DNA from: Squalus acanthias
Taxonomy: Eukaryota
Direction: 5' to 3'
Length of the DNA: 64,000 nt
NCBI GenBank assembly: GCA_030390025.1
Contig: CM059432.1
Location: forward strand, 63,614,001-63,678,000
In this document: positions 12,477 through 23,866 of the stretch, in pieces
Numbering within the stretch: the stretch's first letter is position 1
Layout: the number at the start of each line of letters is the position of its first letter
Notes under the pieces: generated by a model
The model's database searches: none
The model's input: the letters and a program-made list of their open reading frames with translations, nothing else
Told to the model about the DNA's origin: nothing
Position numbers and translations under genes: made by a program

Positions 12477-13997
12477 GGAGTAAATTTTAAACCTGCTACC
12501 CGAGGCGTAAAGCTGGCAATGCTGTGTTAGAGAAATTGCCTGATTTTCATTGAAACGAGGATTGGGAATTGGGTAAGGATGTGCCACCTTCCCAGTGGGG
12601 GTGTGGTGAAGGTTGATTATGGTTTCAGACTCGTGGGACCTAGAACTCATGCATACTCGCTTGAAAAGAAGGAACATCGTACCTACGTGCAGGTGCTGAG
12701 GTTGATCTCTGAGGATGTGCGACAACTGACAGATGCTCCTCTTGAGTCCACAGCTCTCATTTGAGGTGGCATCGCGAAAGTTTTGTCTTCATTGCAAGAA
12801 CCAATGCAGCGAATGGCAGCTTCATTGGAATCTGTAGCCGAGTCCCAGCTAAGAAGTGGCCAGGGACAAGTCAGTGCCACTTGCAGCAGTCACTGAGGAG
12901 TCCTCTAAGGATTGGTCATTATGATGCTCTCTGCCATGTAGTTGTGGATCCCAAGGAGCCAGGGCCTCCTCGACAGCAATGTCAAAGTCTAGCCCGTCTT
13001 GAATGGTGAAGGGCACAGCAGCTTATAATTACTTATGCCACATGATCTGGAGCATACTGTAGATCCACACTTTCCCTGTCCAGGCTGTGAAAACATGCCT
13101 TTAAGACCCTGATGGTCCTCTTGATGAACAATCTCGTAGATGCCGGTGCCTTGTTGTAGCACTCCCCAGCTTCTGCTGTGGCCACAATTACTGGGTGTCA
13201 GCTGCTTCTGATTCAGAAGGTCGTGGGTTCAAGTCCCACTCTAGAGCACAAAATCTAGGCTGACAATCCAGTGCAGTACTGAGGGAGTGCTGCACTATTG
13301 GAGGTGCCGTCTTTTGGATGAAATGTTAAACCAAGGCCCCGTCTGCCCCCTCAAGTGGATGTAATGATCCCACGGCACCATTTTGAAGAAGAGCAGCAGG
13401 GTTCTCCCAAATGTCCTGGCCAATATTCATTCCTCAACCAACATCACCAAAACAGATTATCTGGTCATTGCTGTTTGTGGGAGGTTGCTGTGCACAAATT
13501 GATTGCTGCGTTTCCTACGTTACAACAGTGACTACACTTCAAAATGTACCTCATTTGCTGTAAATCACTTTGGGATGTCCTGAGGTTGTGAAAAGCACTA
13601 TATAAATGCAAGTATTTCTTTTTTCTTTCATTATCCATCCAAGCAGGGAGGCTTTGTCACCCACAAGCCATCTACTGACATATGGGCAGATGATTGTGGC
13701 TATAGGTTCTCCTGCAGTAGATGGCAGAGCTGCCTTATTGCCTCTTTGGTAAAGTGCACTACTCTTACAGACAATTCCTCAGAAAGGACTTCATATGACC
13801 TGTGCTGCCTGCATATTCTGTGGAGAGGGGGTAATATCTGGTGGGCTGCATCCTCCTTAAATGCTGCCTGATTCTCCTTTCCACCATCCTGCGCTGCTCC
13901 TCCTCCTCCTTCATGATATTGGTATACAATGGTTTGTCCATAAGGAATGCCACACCTGCTCCTGAGAGGTCCTCACTATGTGGAAAGGGTGGGAGGA
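12477..13997. mobile_element. Degraded, internally deleted PIF/Harbinger element (H0)
   Basis: Minus ORF 13765-13953 resembles the N-terminus of the Harbinger nucleases in H3/H5 (EEEE-RR...RYYP...SFL...CL). ORF2-tail-like sequence lies near 12950-13190. Confidence 0.5.
13197..13628 (+). mobile_element. tRNA-derived SINE (SacSINE1/DeuSINE-like)
   Basis: B-box GGTTCAAGTCC, with the same body and tail as 11008-11482 on the opposite strand. Confidence 0.88.
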
Positions 13998-14813
13998 TGT
14001 TCCAGTACAGCTACAACACTGGTATCTATCCGACAATGTGGAAAACTGCCAGTGACAAAAAGCAAGACAAATCCATTCTGGCCAATTACCGCCCCATCAG
14101 TCTACGCTCAATCATCAGCAAAATGATGGAAGGTGTCGTTGACAGTGCTATCAAGCGGCACTTACTCACCAATAACCTGCTCACCGATGCTCAGTTTGGG
14201 TTCCGCCGGGATCACACAGCTCCAGACCTCATTACAGCCTTAGTCCAAACATGTCCAAACATGGACAAAATAGCTGAATTGCAGAGGTGAGGCGAGAGTG
14301 ACTGCCCTTGACACCAAGGCAGCATTTGACCGAGTGTGACATCAAGGAGCCCTCGTAAAATTGAATTCAATGGGAATCAGGGGAAAACTCTCCACTGGCT
14401 GGAGTCATACCTAGAACAAAGGAAGATGGCTGTGGTTGTTGGAGGCCAATCATCTCTGCCTCAGGACATTGCTGCAGGAATTCCTCAGGGCAGTGTCCAA
14501 GGCCCAACCATCTTCAGCTGCTTCATCAATGACCTTCCCTCCAACATAAGGTCAGAAGTGGGGATGTTCGCTGATGATTGCAGGGTTCAGTTTCATTCAC
14601 AACTCCTCAGATAATGAAGCAGCCCATGCCCACATGCAGCAAGAGTTGGATGACATTCAAGCTTGGTCTGATAAGTGGTAAATAACATTCATGCCACACA
14701 ATTGCCAGGCAATGACCATCTCCAATAAGAGAGAGTCTAACCACCGCCCCTTGACATTCAACAGCATTACCATTGCCAAATCCCCCACCATCAACATCCT
14801 GGGGGTAACCATT

Positions 14814-14950
14814 AGAAACATAGAAACATAGAAAAATAGGAGCAGGAGTAGGCCATTCGGCCCTTCGAGCCTGCTCCGCCATTCAATATGATCATGGCTG
14901 ATCCTCTATCTCAATACCATATTCCTGCTCTCTCCCCATACCCCTTGATC
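14814..14950 (-). mobile_element. CR1 (HER1-like) 3'-end fragment
   Basis: (AGAAACAT)n tail plus GGCCATTCGGCCCTTCGAGCCTGCTCCGCC. It is the reverse complement of 50981-51109. Confidence 0.9.
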
Positions 14951-15846
14951 AGAAACTTAACTTTGCCAGCCACATAAATACTGTGGCTGCAAAAGAATGT
15001 TACAGTGCTGGAGAGGGAGGATGAGCTGGAGGGGTCAAGGACAGAATCTATCTGGCTAAAGTTAAGAAATAGTAGAGGTGCCATTACACTACTAGGTGTA
15101 TTCTATAGACCACCAAATAGTGGGAAAGATATGGAGGAGCAAATTTGCAGAGAAATTACAGAGAGGTGCAAGAACTATAGAGTAGTAATAATGGGGGACT
15201 TCAACTATCCTAATATAGACTGGGATTGTAATAATGTAAAGGACAGAGAAGGGGAAGAATTTCTGAAGTGTGTTCAGGAGAACTTTCTTGATCAGTATGT
15301 TTCCGGCCCGACGAGGGAGGAGGCATTGCTGGATCTGGTTCTGGGGAATGAGGTAGGTCAAGTGGAGCAAGTGTCAGTAGGTGAACATTTAGGGAACAGT
15401 GATCATAGTATCATAAGGTTTAGATTAGCTATGGAAAAGGACAGGGAGCAATCTAGAGTAAAAATGTTTAACTGGGGGAAGGCCAATTTCAGTGGAATGA
15501 GAATGGATCTGGCCCGGGTAAACTGGAATCAAAGATTGGCAGGCAAAACTGTAGTGGAACCGGGCTGCCTTTAAAGAGGAAATAGTTCGGGTACAGTCGA
15601 GGTACATTCCCACTAGGGGGAAAGGTAGGGCAAGTAAAGTCAGAGCTCCTTGGATGACAAAACACATAGTCAATATGATGAAGCAGAAAAAGAGTGCATA
15701 TGACAGATGTCAGGTTGCAAATACAGCTGAGAATCAGGCTATATACAGAAAGGTCAGAGGAGAAGTATAAAAGAAAATAAGAGGGGCAAAGAGAGGGTAT
15801 GAGAATAGAATGGCAGCCAACATAAAAGGTAATCCAAAGGTCTTCT

Positions 15847-16934
15847 TGAAAGGATATTTACTAGTCCTAGCCCCTTTGGGGCTATCCCGGATCAGGCGTA
15901 TTTCTCAGATGTTCACTTTCAACTAAAGGTTGAGGTAGCCGAATCCTAAAGACGCTTAACTGGGTCTAAAGGTCTGGGCTATCTCTCCCTAAAGGAAAGG
16001 AACAACCTGAGAATGTTACCGTCCTCCAGATAGCACTTTTAATAAGTTTAGCCAGACTGTAACATCACGGATATTATGAGGGTCTGGAGATCTCCCCTCA
16101 GAAATGTAACTCTCCACCAAAGAGTGTACAGAGATTGAGTTTGTGAGTTATTGATACAGAAGACTTATGTGAGACAATTCTAAAAATATATAGAAATTTA
16201 TTAAAAGAACCGACATGCAATTTACAGTTGGTGACTCAGTCAATCGCCATGTTAACAGTTCTAAAAAGAGAAAAAATACGATCTTATTTTTAACAGAGAA
16301 TCTTACTTTTAAATCTTAACTTTGCTACAGTTCTTAAAATTTTCTATACAGGATATCTATCAATATCAAAATACCTTTGATCCCCGAGGTACAAAGAATA
16401 GAAGACCACAGAGCTGCCTCTGTGTTCGAGAATCGCCTTGCCCGATTAAAGCGACTCTGCTATCTCATTTGAGACTTCAATATTTATACCCTTTTTCAGT
16501 TGTATTTCCTTTATGGTTTCTGCTGATGCAAGTTAATTATCACTATTCATCTTTCTGCTGACCTCTGCAATTCTTTATTGCCACATCAGCTTGTAATATT
16601 CCAGAATCTGCCACATCTCCAGGTGTTCTGGGTTCACCATATAAAAGGCATGAAAGGCAGGTGTCCCTTATTTTATGTGTCATCTTTACGAGGTTTAATT
16701 TATATCACTTATCCAGGGTTGACCACTGTGTTGTTCCCAAAAGGTCAGCTACTCGGAGCCATCCCATTCTTCTGTTTCAATAAGGTTATTTATTCAGGGT
16801 CAACAACTTGTCCTGTTTCAATAGGCAGAATTCTTTCATAGCTATGTCAACCACTGTCTTATCTCAACAAGGCCAGAATTCTTTCATAAGATCATGTATT
16901 TTTCTAAAAAGGCTATATAGTATATTCCTTCACA
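15847..16934 (-). mobile_element. Solo LTR (~1.09 kb) of an ERV or LTR retrotransposon
   Basis: TG...CA ends with imperfect IR (TGAAAGGATAT / TATATTCCTTCACA). 4-bp TSD TTCT; removing the insert restores CR1 NPKVFYRHINSKR. Minus strand has TATAAATA at 16488-16481 and AATAAA at 16202-16197. Confidence 0.85.
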
Positions 16935-18109
16935 TTCTATAGGCATATAAATAGTAAAAGGGTAGTAAGAGGAGGCCGATTAGGGATCAAAAAGGAGACC
17001 TATGTATGGAGGTAGAGGGTATGGCTGAGGCACTAAATGAGTACTTTGCATCTGTCTTCACCCAGGAAGAGGATGCTGCCATAGACTTAGTGAAGGAGAA
17101 GGTAGTGGAGACACTTGATAGTATAAAAATTGATAAAGGAGAGGTATTAGAAAGGCTGGCTGTACTTAAAGTAGATAAGTCACCAGGAGCAGATGGGATG
17201 CATCCTCGGATGCTGAGGGAATTGAGGGAGGAAATCGCGGAGGTACTGGCCATAATATTCCAATCCTCCATAGATACGGGGGTGGTGCCAGAGGACTGGA
17301 GAATTGCAAATGTTACACCATTGTTCAAAAAAGGGTGTAAAGATAAACCCAACAACTACAGCCCAGTCAGTTTAACCTCGGTAGTGGGGAAGCTTTCAGA
17401 AACAGTAATCAGGGACAAAATTAACAGTCACTTGGATAGGTGTGGATTAATTAAGGAAAGCCAGCATGGATTTGTTAAAGGCAAATCATGTTTAACCAAC
17501 TTGATCGAGTTTTTTGATGAGGTAACAGAAAGGGTTGATGAGGGTAATAAGGTTGACGTAGTGTACATGGATTTCCAAAAGGCATTCGACAAAGTGCCAC
17601 ATAATAGGCTCGCCAGCAAAGTTGAAGCCCATGGAATAAAAGGGACAGTGGCAGCATGAATACGGAATTGTCTAAATGACAGGAAACAGAGAGTAATGGT
17701 GAACGGTTGTTTTTCGGACCAGAGGAACATATACAGTGGTGTTCCCCAGGGCTGCTTTTCTTGATATATATTAATGACTTAGACTTGGGTGTACAGGGCA
17801 CAATTTCAAAATTTGCAGATGACACAAAACTTGGAAGTATAGTGAACCGTGAGGAGGAGAGCAAAGACATAAACATGCTGGTGAAATGGGCGGACACGTG
17901 GCAGATGAAATTTAATGTAGAAAAGTGTGAAGTGATACATTTTGCTAGAAAGAATGAGGAGAGGACATATAAAGTAAATGGCGCAATCCTAAAAGGGGGT
18001 GCACAAACACATATACCTGGGGTTATATGTGCACAAATCATTGAAGGTGGCAGGGCAGGTTGAGAAAGCAGTTAAAAAGGCTTACGGGATCATGGGCTTC
18101 ATAAATAGA

Positions 18110-18315
18110 CATGATGCGGAGATGCCGGTGTTGGACTGGGGTGGACAAATGTGAGAAGTCGCACAACACCAGGTTATAGTCCAACAGCTTTATTTGAAAT
18201 CACAAGCTTTCGGAGCGCTGCTCCTTCGTCACCTGACGAAGGAGCAGCGCTCCGAAAGCTTGTGATTTCAAATAAAGCTGTTGGACTATAACCTGGTGTT
18301 GTGCGACTTCTCACA
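18110..18315. mobile_element. Penelope-like element terminus (family 1) in inverted (palindromic) pLTR configuration
   Basis: Long perfect inverted repeat centred near 18232. 12-bp TSD TTCATAAATAGA (18098-18109, 18316-18327). Interrupts the CR1 RT region. Confidence 0.88.
18229..18265 (+). ncRNA. Minimal type I hammerhead ribozyme
   Basis: TCAC-CTGACGA-A-GGAGC agc GCTCC-GAAA-GC-TT-GTGA: stem I TCAC/GTGA, core CUGANGA, stem II, GAAA, and palindromic AAGCTT stem III. Confidence 0.8.
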
Positions 18316-19502
18316 TTCATAAATAGAGGTATAGCGTACAAAAGTGTGGAAATTATGATGAACCTTAATAAAACACTGGTTTGGCCCCAACTGGAATACT
18401 GTGTCCAATTCTGGGTACCACACTTTAGGGAGGATGTGACGGCCTTAGAGAAGGTGCAGAAAAGATTTATGAGAATGATTCCAGGAATGAGAGACTTCAG
18501 TTACATTGATAGACTGGAGAAGCTAGGGTTGTTCTCCTTGGAGCAGAGAAGATTGAGAGGAGATTTGATAGAGGTGTCCAAAATCATGAGGGGTCAGGAC
18601 AGACTAGATAGAGAGAAACTGTTCCCATTGGCAGAAGGGTAGAGAACCAGAGGACACAGATTTAAGGTGATTGGCAAAAGAACCAAAAGCGATGTAAGAA
18701 AAAACTTTTTTACGCAGCGAGTGGTTAAGATCTGGAATGCACTGCCTGAAAGGGAGTTGGATAAGTATCTGAAGGAAAAAAATTTGCAGGGCTACGGGGA
18801 AAGGGCATGGGAGTGGGACTAGCTGAGAGTCAGTGCGGGCTCGATGGGCCGAATGGCCTTCTTCCGTGCTGTAACCATTCTATGATTCTATGATCCCATT
18901 CTAAGAGCAAGTCAGAGGCTGGATATTCTGCGGCGAGTGTCTCACCTCCTGACTCCCCAAAGCCGTTCCACCATCTACGAGGCACACGTCAGGAGTGTGA
19001 TGGAATACTCTCCCCTTGCCTGGATGAGTGCAGCTCCAACAACACTCAATAAGCTTGAAGCCATCCAGGACAAAGCAGCCCGCTTGATTGGCATCCCATC
19101 CACCAGCTTAAACATTCACTCCTTCCACTACTGGCGTACCGTGGCTGCAGTGTGTACCATCTACAAGATGCACTGCAGCAACTCGCCAAGGCTTCTTCGA
19201 CAGCACCTCCCAAACCCCCGACCTCTACCACCTAGAAGGACAAGGGCAGCAGGCACATGGGAACACCACCACCTCCAAGTTCCCCTCCATCCTGACTTGG
19301 AAATATATCGCCGTTCCTTAATAGTTGCTGGGTCGAAGTCCTGGAACTCCTTCCCAAACAGCACTGTGGGAGTGCCTTCACCAGATGGACTTCAGCAGTT
19401 CAAGAAGGCGGCTCACCACCACCTTCTCAAGGGAAATTAGGGATGGGCAATAAATGCTGGCCTTGCCAGCGATGCCCACAGCCCATGAACGAATAAAAAA
19501 AA

Positions 19503-20757
19503 GTCGGGCCTACTAGGGCTGAGCTCCTCGAGGTCACCCTGCAAGGCCATCTGCAGTCTCCCCCACTGAAAGTCAGTAGCCTTCCACCAGCCATGCTGAA
19601 GCCACTGAGGTAGTACTGTGTAGGAGCACTAGGATAGGCAAAGGCACATGCAAGAAAATCACTATGGGAATGCACAAGGGTGATTAGTTAAATTTTTGAT
19701 GTAATATTGGATGGATATATGGATAATGTTTTATTGGAAAGTTTGCTTTGTGGTTGCTTTTATTTCAGCATTGTGGCCAAGATGTGGGATTAATGTTGAA
19801 TGAGGAAAAGGGTTCGCGTTTACTCAAACTGCAGCCGGATGATTTGATCCCGGATATCCCGACCAGAAAGAGGCTGTCTTGGTTGCCTCCTTCCTTCCGC
19901 CTCTGCCTCTTCCGTCTTCTCCTCTTCCTCCTGCTCCCAAGCTGGTGGCCGTATCCCTGGCGGTAAGGACTGTGCCCTCATGATGGCCAGGTTGTGTAGG
20001 ATGCAGCAGACCATGATGAATCAGGATACATGCTCTGGTGAGTACTGTAGGGCTCCTCCAGGGCAGTCCAGGCAGTGGAAGCATTATTTAAGGACGCCAA
20101 TGGTCTGCTCTATGATGTTTCGTGTGGCACCATGGCGCTTGTTGCAAGCATGCTGCCCACGTGTGGATGGGTTGCAGAGCAGAGACATGAGCCAGGTGGT
20201 CAAGGGATAGCCTTTGTCGCTCAGTAGCCACCCTCTGGTTTGTCTTGGTGGCTCAAAGACTGAGGGAACAGCGGACTGGCGTAGAATAAAAGCACCATGA
20301 CTTTTGCCAGGATACCGGGCATTCACCATCATGTGATGAAGGTGGTCGCACAGCAACTGTACATTCAGCAAGTGGTACCCTTTGTGGTTGTGGTACAATT
20401 CAGCATTTATATACGGTGCCCGCAAAGCCACATGCATGCAATCTATTGCGCCCTGCACCATAGGGAATTCCGCTAACCTAGCAAAACCTCGTGCACACTC
20501 TGTCTGCTTCTTTCTGGTCAGAGAGAAGACAATGAAATCCCATCTCCTGGCATAAAGAGGGTCTTTCATCTCTCTTATGCAGCAGTGGACAGCGAACTGT
20601 GAGATATTACATATGTTGCCTGCTCCAGTCTGGAAGGATCTCAACGCGAAGAAATTCAGAGCCACGGTTACCTTCACAGCCACTGGCAGTGTTGTCTTTG
20701 CCCTGGAGTGAGGCTGCAGGTCTGCTGGCAAGAGGTGGCAGAGTTCGGTGAGCACCT
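19503..20757. mobile_element. PIF/Harbinger fragment H1 (3' end of Myb ORF on +, nuclease on -)
   Basis: 19503-19640 matches the end of H3 ORF2 (40890-41010). Both ends are cut by LINEs. Confidence 0.85.
19820..20757 (-). pseudogene. Harbinger DDE nuclease (HARBI1-like transposase), 5'-truncated, with internal stop
   Basis: VAVKVTVALNFFA, GAIDCMHVAL, YPGKSHG (D lost), [25 protein letters not shown] and an acidic tail. Confidence 0.92.
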
Positions 20758-20759
20758 CC

Positions 20760-22363
20760 TATGGTGTTCAACAGAGTGCAGGAAAAATATATTCTGCTAA
20801 AAGGAAAGAACAAACTAATCAATGAGACTCTATGGATGATTAAAGCGATAAGGGAACAATTGAGGGTAAGGAAAGAGGCATACATTAAGTACACAGGCAG
20901 CAGGGAGCGCATGGTAAGAGAGAATACGAAAAGATTTGGAGAGAAGTCAAAAAAACAATTAGGGAGGCAAAGAGGAACTAGGAAATTAAATTATCAAGGA
21001 ACATAAAACAAAATAATAAAATATTTTATCGGCACATCAATAAAAAAAGGAAGGTTGGGATGGGAATAGGGCCACTAAGAGATAGTCAGGATAATACCAC
21101 AGGTAACGATAGAGAGATGGCGGAAATATTAAATAATTATTTTGCTTCAGTATTTACCAGGGAGATAGAACAGGTGGACATGATATTGGATGATGAGATT
21201 AGTAATGAGATAAGTGCATTTAAAATAAAAAAAGGGGATATATTAAATAAATTAATCAAACTCAAAGAGGATAAAACCCCTGGTCCGGATGGGTTACATC
21301 CACGCATTTTTAAAAAGTCTAGGGAAGAGATAGCAGAGGCTTTACTATGCATATTTAATAATTCATTAGAAAAAGGTTTAGTGCCAGAGGACTGGTGGAT
21401 AGCTAATGTAATACCTATATTTAAGAAGGGGGATAGAACATGTCCAGGGAATTATAGACCAGTCAGCTTAACATCGGTGGTAGGAAAAATAATGGAATCC
21501 CTACTAAAGGAGAAAATAGAAGAACATCTAGAAACCAAAAATATAATAACAAATAGTCAGCATGGATTTCAAAAGGGAAAGTCTTGCTTGACTAACCTTA
21601 TTGAATTTTTTGAAGAGGTAACAGAGAGAGTAGACAATGGTAATGTAGTAGATGTAATTTATCTGGATTTTCAAAAGGCCTTCGATAAGGTACCCCATAA
21701 TAGACTGATGAACAAGGTCAGAGAATGCGGAGTCAGGGGTTAGCAGAATAGATTGCTGGCTGGCTTCAGGACAGAAAGCATTGAGTGGGAGTAAAGGGTA
21801 GCTATTCACAGTGGCAGAAGGTGGGTAGTGGTGTTCCACAAGGATCAGTGCTGGGTCCACTGCTGTTCACAATTTACATTAACGATTTAGACTCAGGAAT
21901 CAAAAACACAATTTCTAAATTTGCGGATGACACCAAATTGGGGGGGATAGTCAATACTGAGGAGGACTGCAACAAATTACAGGAGGACATGAATAAACTT
22001 GCAGAATGGGCACATAATTGGCAAATGAAGTTCAACACAGATAAATGTGATGTGTTACATTTTTGGTAGGAAGAATAGGGAGGTCACTTATCACTTGGAG
22101 GGTGAGAGTCTAGGTGGAGTAGAGGAACAAAGGGATCTAGGAGTAGAAATACACAAATCACTAAAAGTTGTGACACAGGTTAGCAAGGCCATAAAAAAAG
22201 CAAAACAAGCACTAGGGTTTATTTCTAGAGGGATACAATTGAAAAGTAGGGAAGTTAGGCTAAACCTGTATTGAACCTTGGTTAGACCACACTTAGAGTA
22301 CAGCGTACAGTTCTGGTCACCATATTATAAAAAGGATATAGAGGCACTGGAGAGGGTGCAGAG
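20760..22363 (+). mobile_element. CR1 LINE internal fragment (AT-rich subfamily), RT pseudogene
   Basis: ORFs 21060-21743 and 21785-22069: [46 protein letters not shown]. Confidence 0.93.
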
Positions 22364-22796
22364 TGAAGGGATAATTACTAGTCCTAGCCCCTTTAGGGCT
22401 ACCCAGATCAGGCGTATTCCCCAGACGTTCACTTTCAACTAAAGTTTAAGGTAGCCGAATCCTAAAGATGATTAATTGGGTCTAAAGGTCTGGACCATCT
22501 CTCCCTAAAGGAAAGGAACAACCTGAAGATGTTACCATCCTCCAGATAGCACTTTTAATAAGTTTAGCTAGACTGTAACTTCCAGATATTATGAGGGTCC
22601 GGAAAACTCCCCCAGAATTCTGCAACTCCTCACCAAAGAGCGTACAGAGATTGAGTTCACGAGTTTGATACAGAAGTATTATGTGAGACAATTCTAAAAA
22701 TATATAGATTTATTAAAGAACCGACATGTAATTTACAGTTGTTGATTCAATCGCAACATTAACAGTTCCAAAAAGAGAAAGCTTACAATTCTATTA
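22364..22796 (-). mobile_element. Partial second copy of the 15847-16934 LTR (U5/R part only)
   Basis: Aligns with 15847-16290 (TTACTAGTCCTAGCCCCTTT...GTTCACTTTCAACTAAAG). Abruptly replaced by CR1. Confidence 0.9.
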
Positions 22797-23303
22797 TCAG
22801 CCTGACATCGGTAGTGGGGAAAATGCTAGAGTCCATTATAAAAAATGTAATAGCAGAGCACTTGGAAAACAGTGACAGGATTGGACAAAGTCAACATGGA
22901 TTTACAAAAGGTAAATCATGCTTGACTAATCTACTGGAATTTTTTGAAGATGTAACTGGTAGAATAGATAAGGGAGAACCAGTGGATGTGGTGTATTTGG
23001 ACTTTCAGAAGGCTTTCGATAAGGTCCCGCATAAGAGATTAGCGTGCAAAGTTAAAGCACACGGGATTGGGGGTAAGGTACTGTCTTGGATAGAGAATTG
23101 GTTGGCAGACAGGAAGCAAAGAGTTGGAATAAACGGGTCTTTTTCCGAGTGGCAGGCAGTGACTAGTGGGGTACCGCAGGGATCGGTGCTAGGACCCCAG
23201 CTATTCACAATATATATAAATGATCTAGACAAGGGAACTACAGGAAACTCTTGTTTAACCGGCACCTAAATATCCGGAATTCTCTCTTAACCGGCAAAAA
23301 TCA

Positions 23304-23445
23304 TACTCCGAAAACTCCTCTCAAATAACTGGCAATGTTGCCGAGTCCGAGTCCGAGTCTCCCGCGAACGCCGAGTACTCCGAAAACTCCTCTCAAATAA
23401 CCGGTAATGTTGCCGAGTCCGAGCCCGAGTCTCCCGCGAACACCG
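23304..23445. repeat. 72-bp tandem duplication in the Tigger 5' region
   Basis: TACTCCGAAAACTCCTCTCAAATAAC... occurs at 23304 and 23376. Confidence 0.9.
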
Positions 23446-23537
23446 TGTTAGTCAGTGGGGGTAGTTCTCCAAAGTGCCACTACTCGGCCTCCTGGCGTTG
23501 TCGGAAGTCCGAACACTGCAGTAACAGGAGTCTGATT

Positions 23538-23802
23538 CTCCCGCGCTGCCGGGAGTCTCTTCTGATCGGCCATTTTACTGTGTGTCTCCCGTGCTGCTGG
23601 TAGTCTCTTCTGATACACCATTTTACTGTGTGTCTCCCACGCTGCTGGAAGTCTCTTCTGATACACCATTTTACTGTGTGTCTCCCACGCTGCTGGTAGT
23701 CTCTTCTGATACACCATTTTACTGTGTGTCTCCCACGCTGCTGGGAGTCTCTTCTGATACACCATTTTACTGTGTGTCTCCCACGCTGCTGGTAGTCTCT
23801 TC
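23538..23802. repeat. 48-bp minisatellite, about 5.5 copies, in the Tigger 5' region
   Basis: Unit CTCCCACGCTGCTGGTAGTCTCTTCTGATACACCATTTTACTGTGTGT starts at 23538, 23586, 23634, 23682, 23730 and 23778. Confidence 0.95.
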
Positions 23803-23866
23803 CTAGCCACCATTGTTCTGTTTGTCTCTCCATCTTTATCGGGAATTATCTCCCCCATCTTGCATT

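Larger units (their letters stand above)
14993..18893 (+). mobile_element. 5'-truncated CR1 LINE (APE endonuclease plus RT pseudogene) nested in LINE B
   Basis: Endonuclease motifs GVFYRPP, MGDFNYPNIDW, LLDLVL and SDH. RT motifs [13 protein letters not shown] and FADDTK. (ATTCTATG)n tail. Confidence 0.95.
13998..19502 (+). mobile_element. LINE family B, copy 2 (own sequence ~13998-14813, 14951-14992, 18903-19502) hosting nested insertions
   Basis: Collinear with copy 1 once the inserts are removed. RT motifs, same 3' tail and A-run. Confidence 0.92.

Noticed and set aside
23538..23802. CRISPR-like array or repeat-protein ORFs (23448-23858, 23480-23833, 23582-23806)
   Set aside because: The units are head-to-tail with no unique spacers, there are no cas genes, and the context is eukaryotic. 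The ORFs arise because 48 is a multiple of 3.
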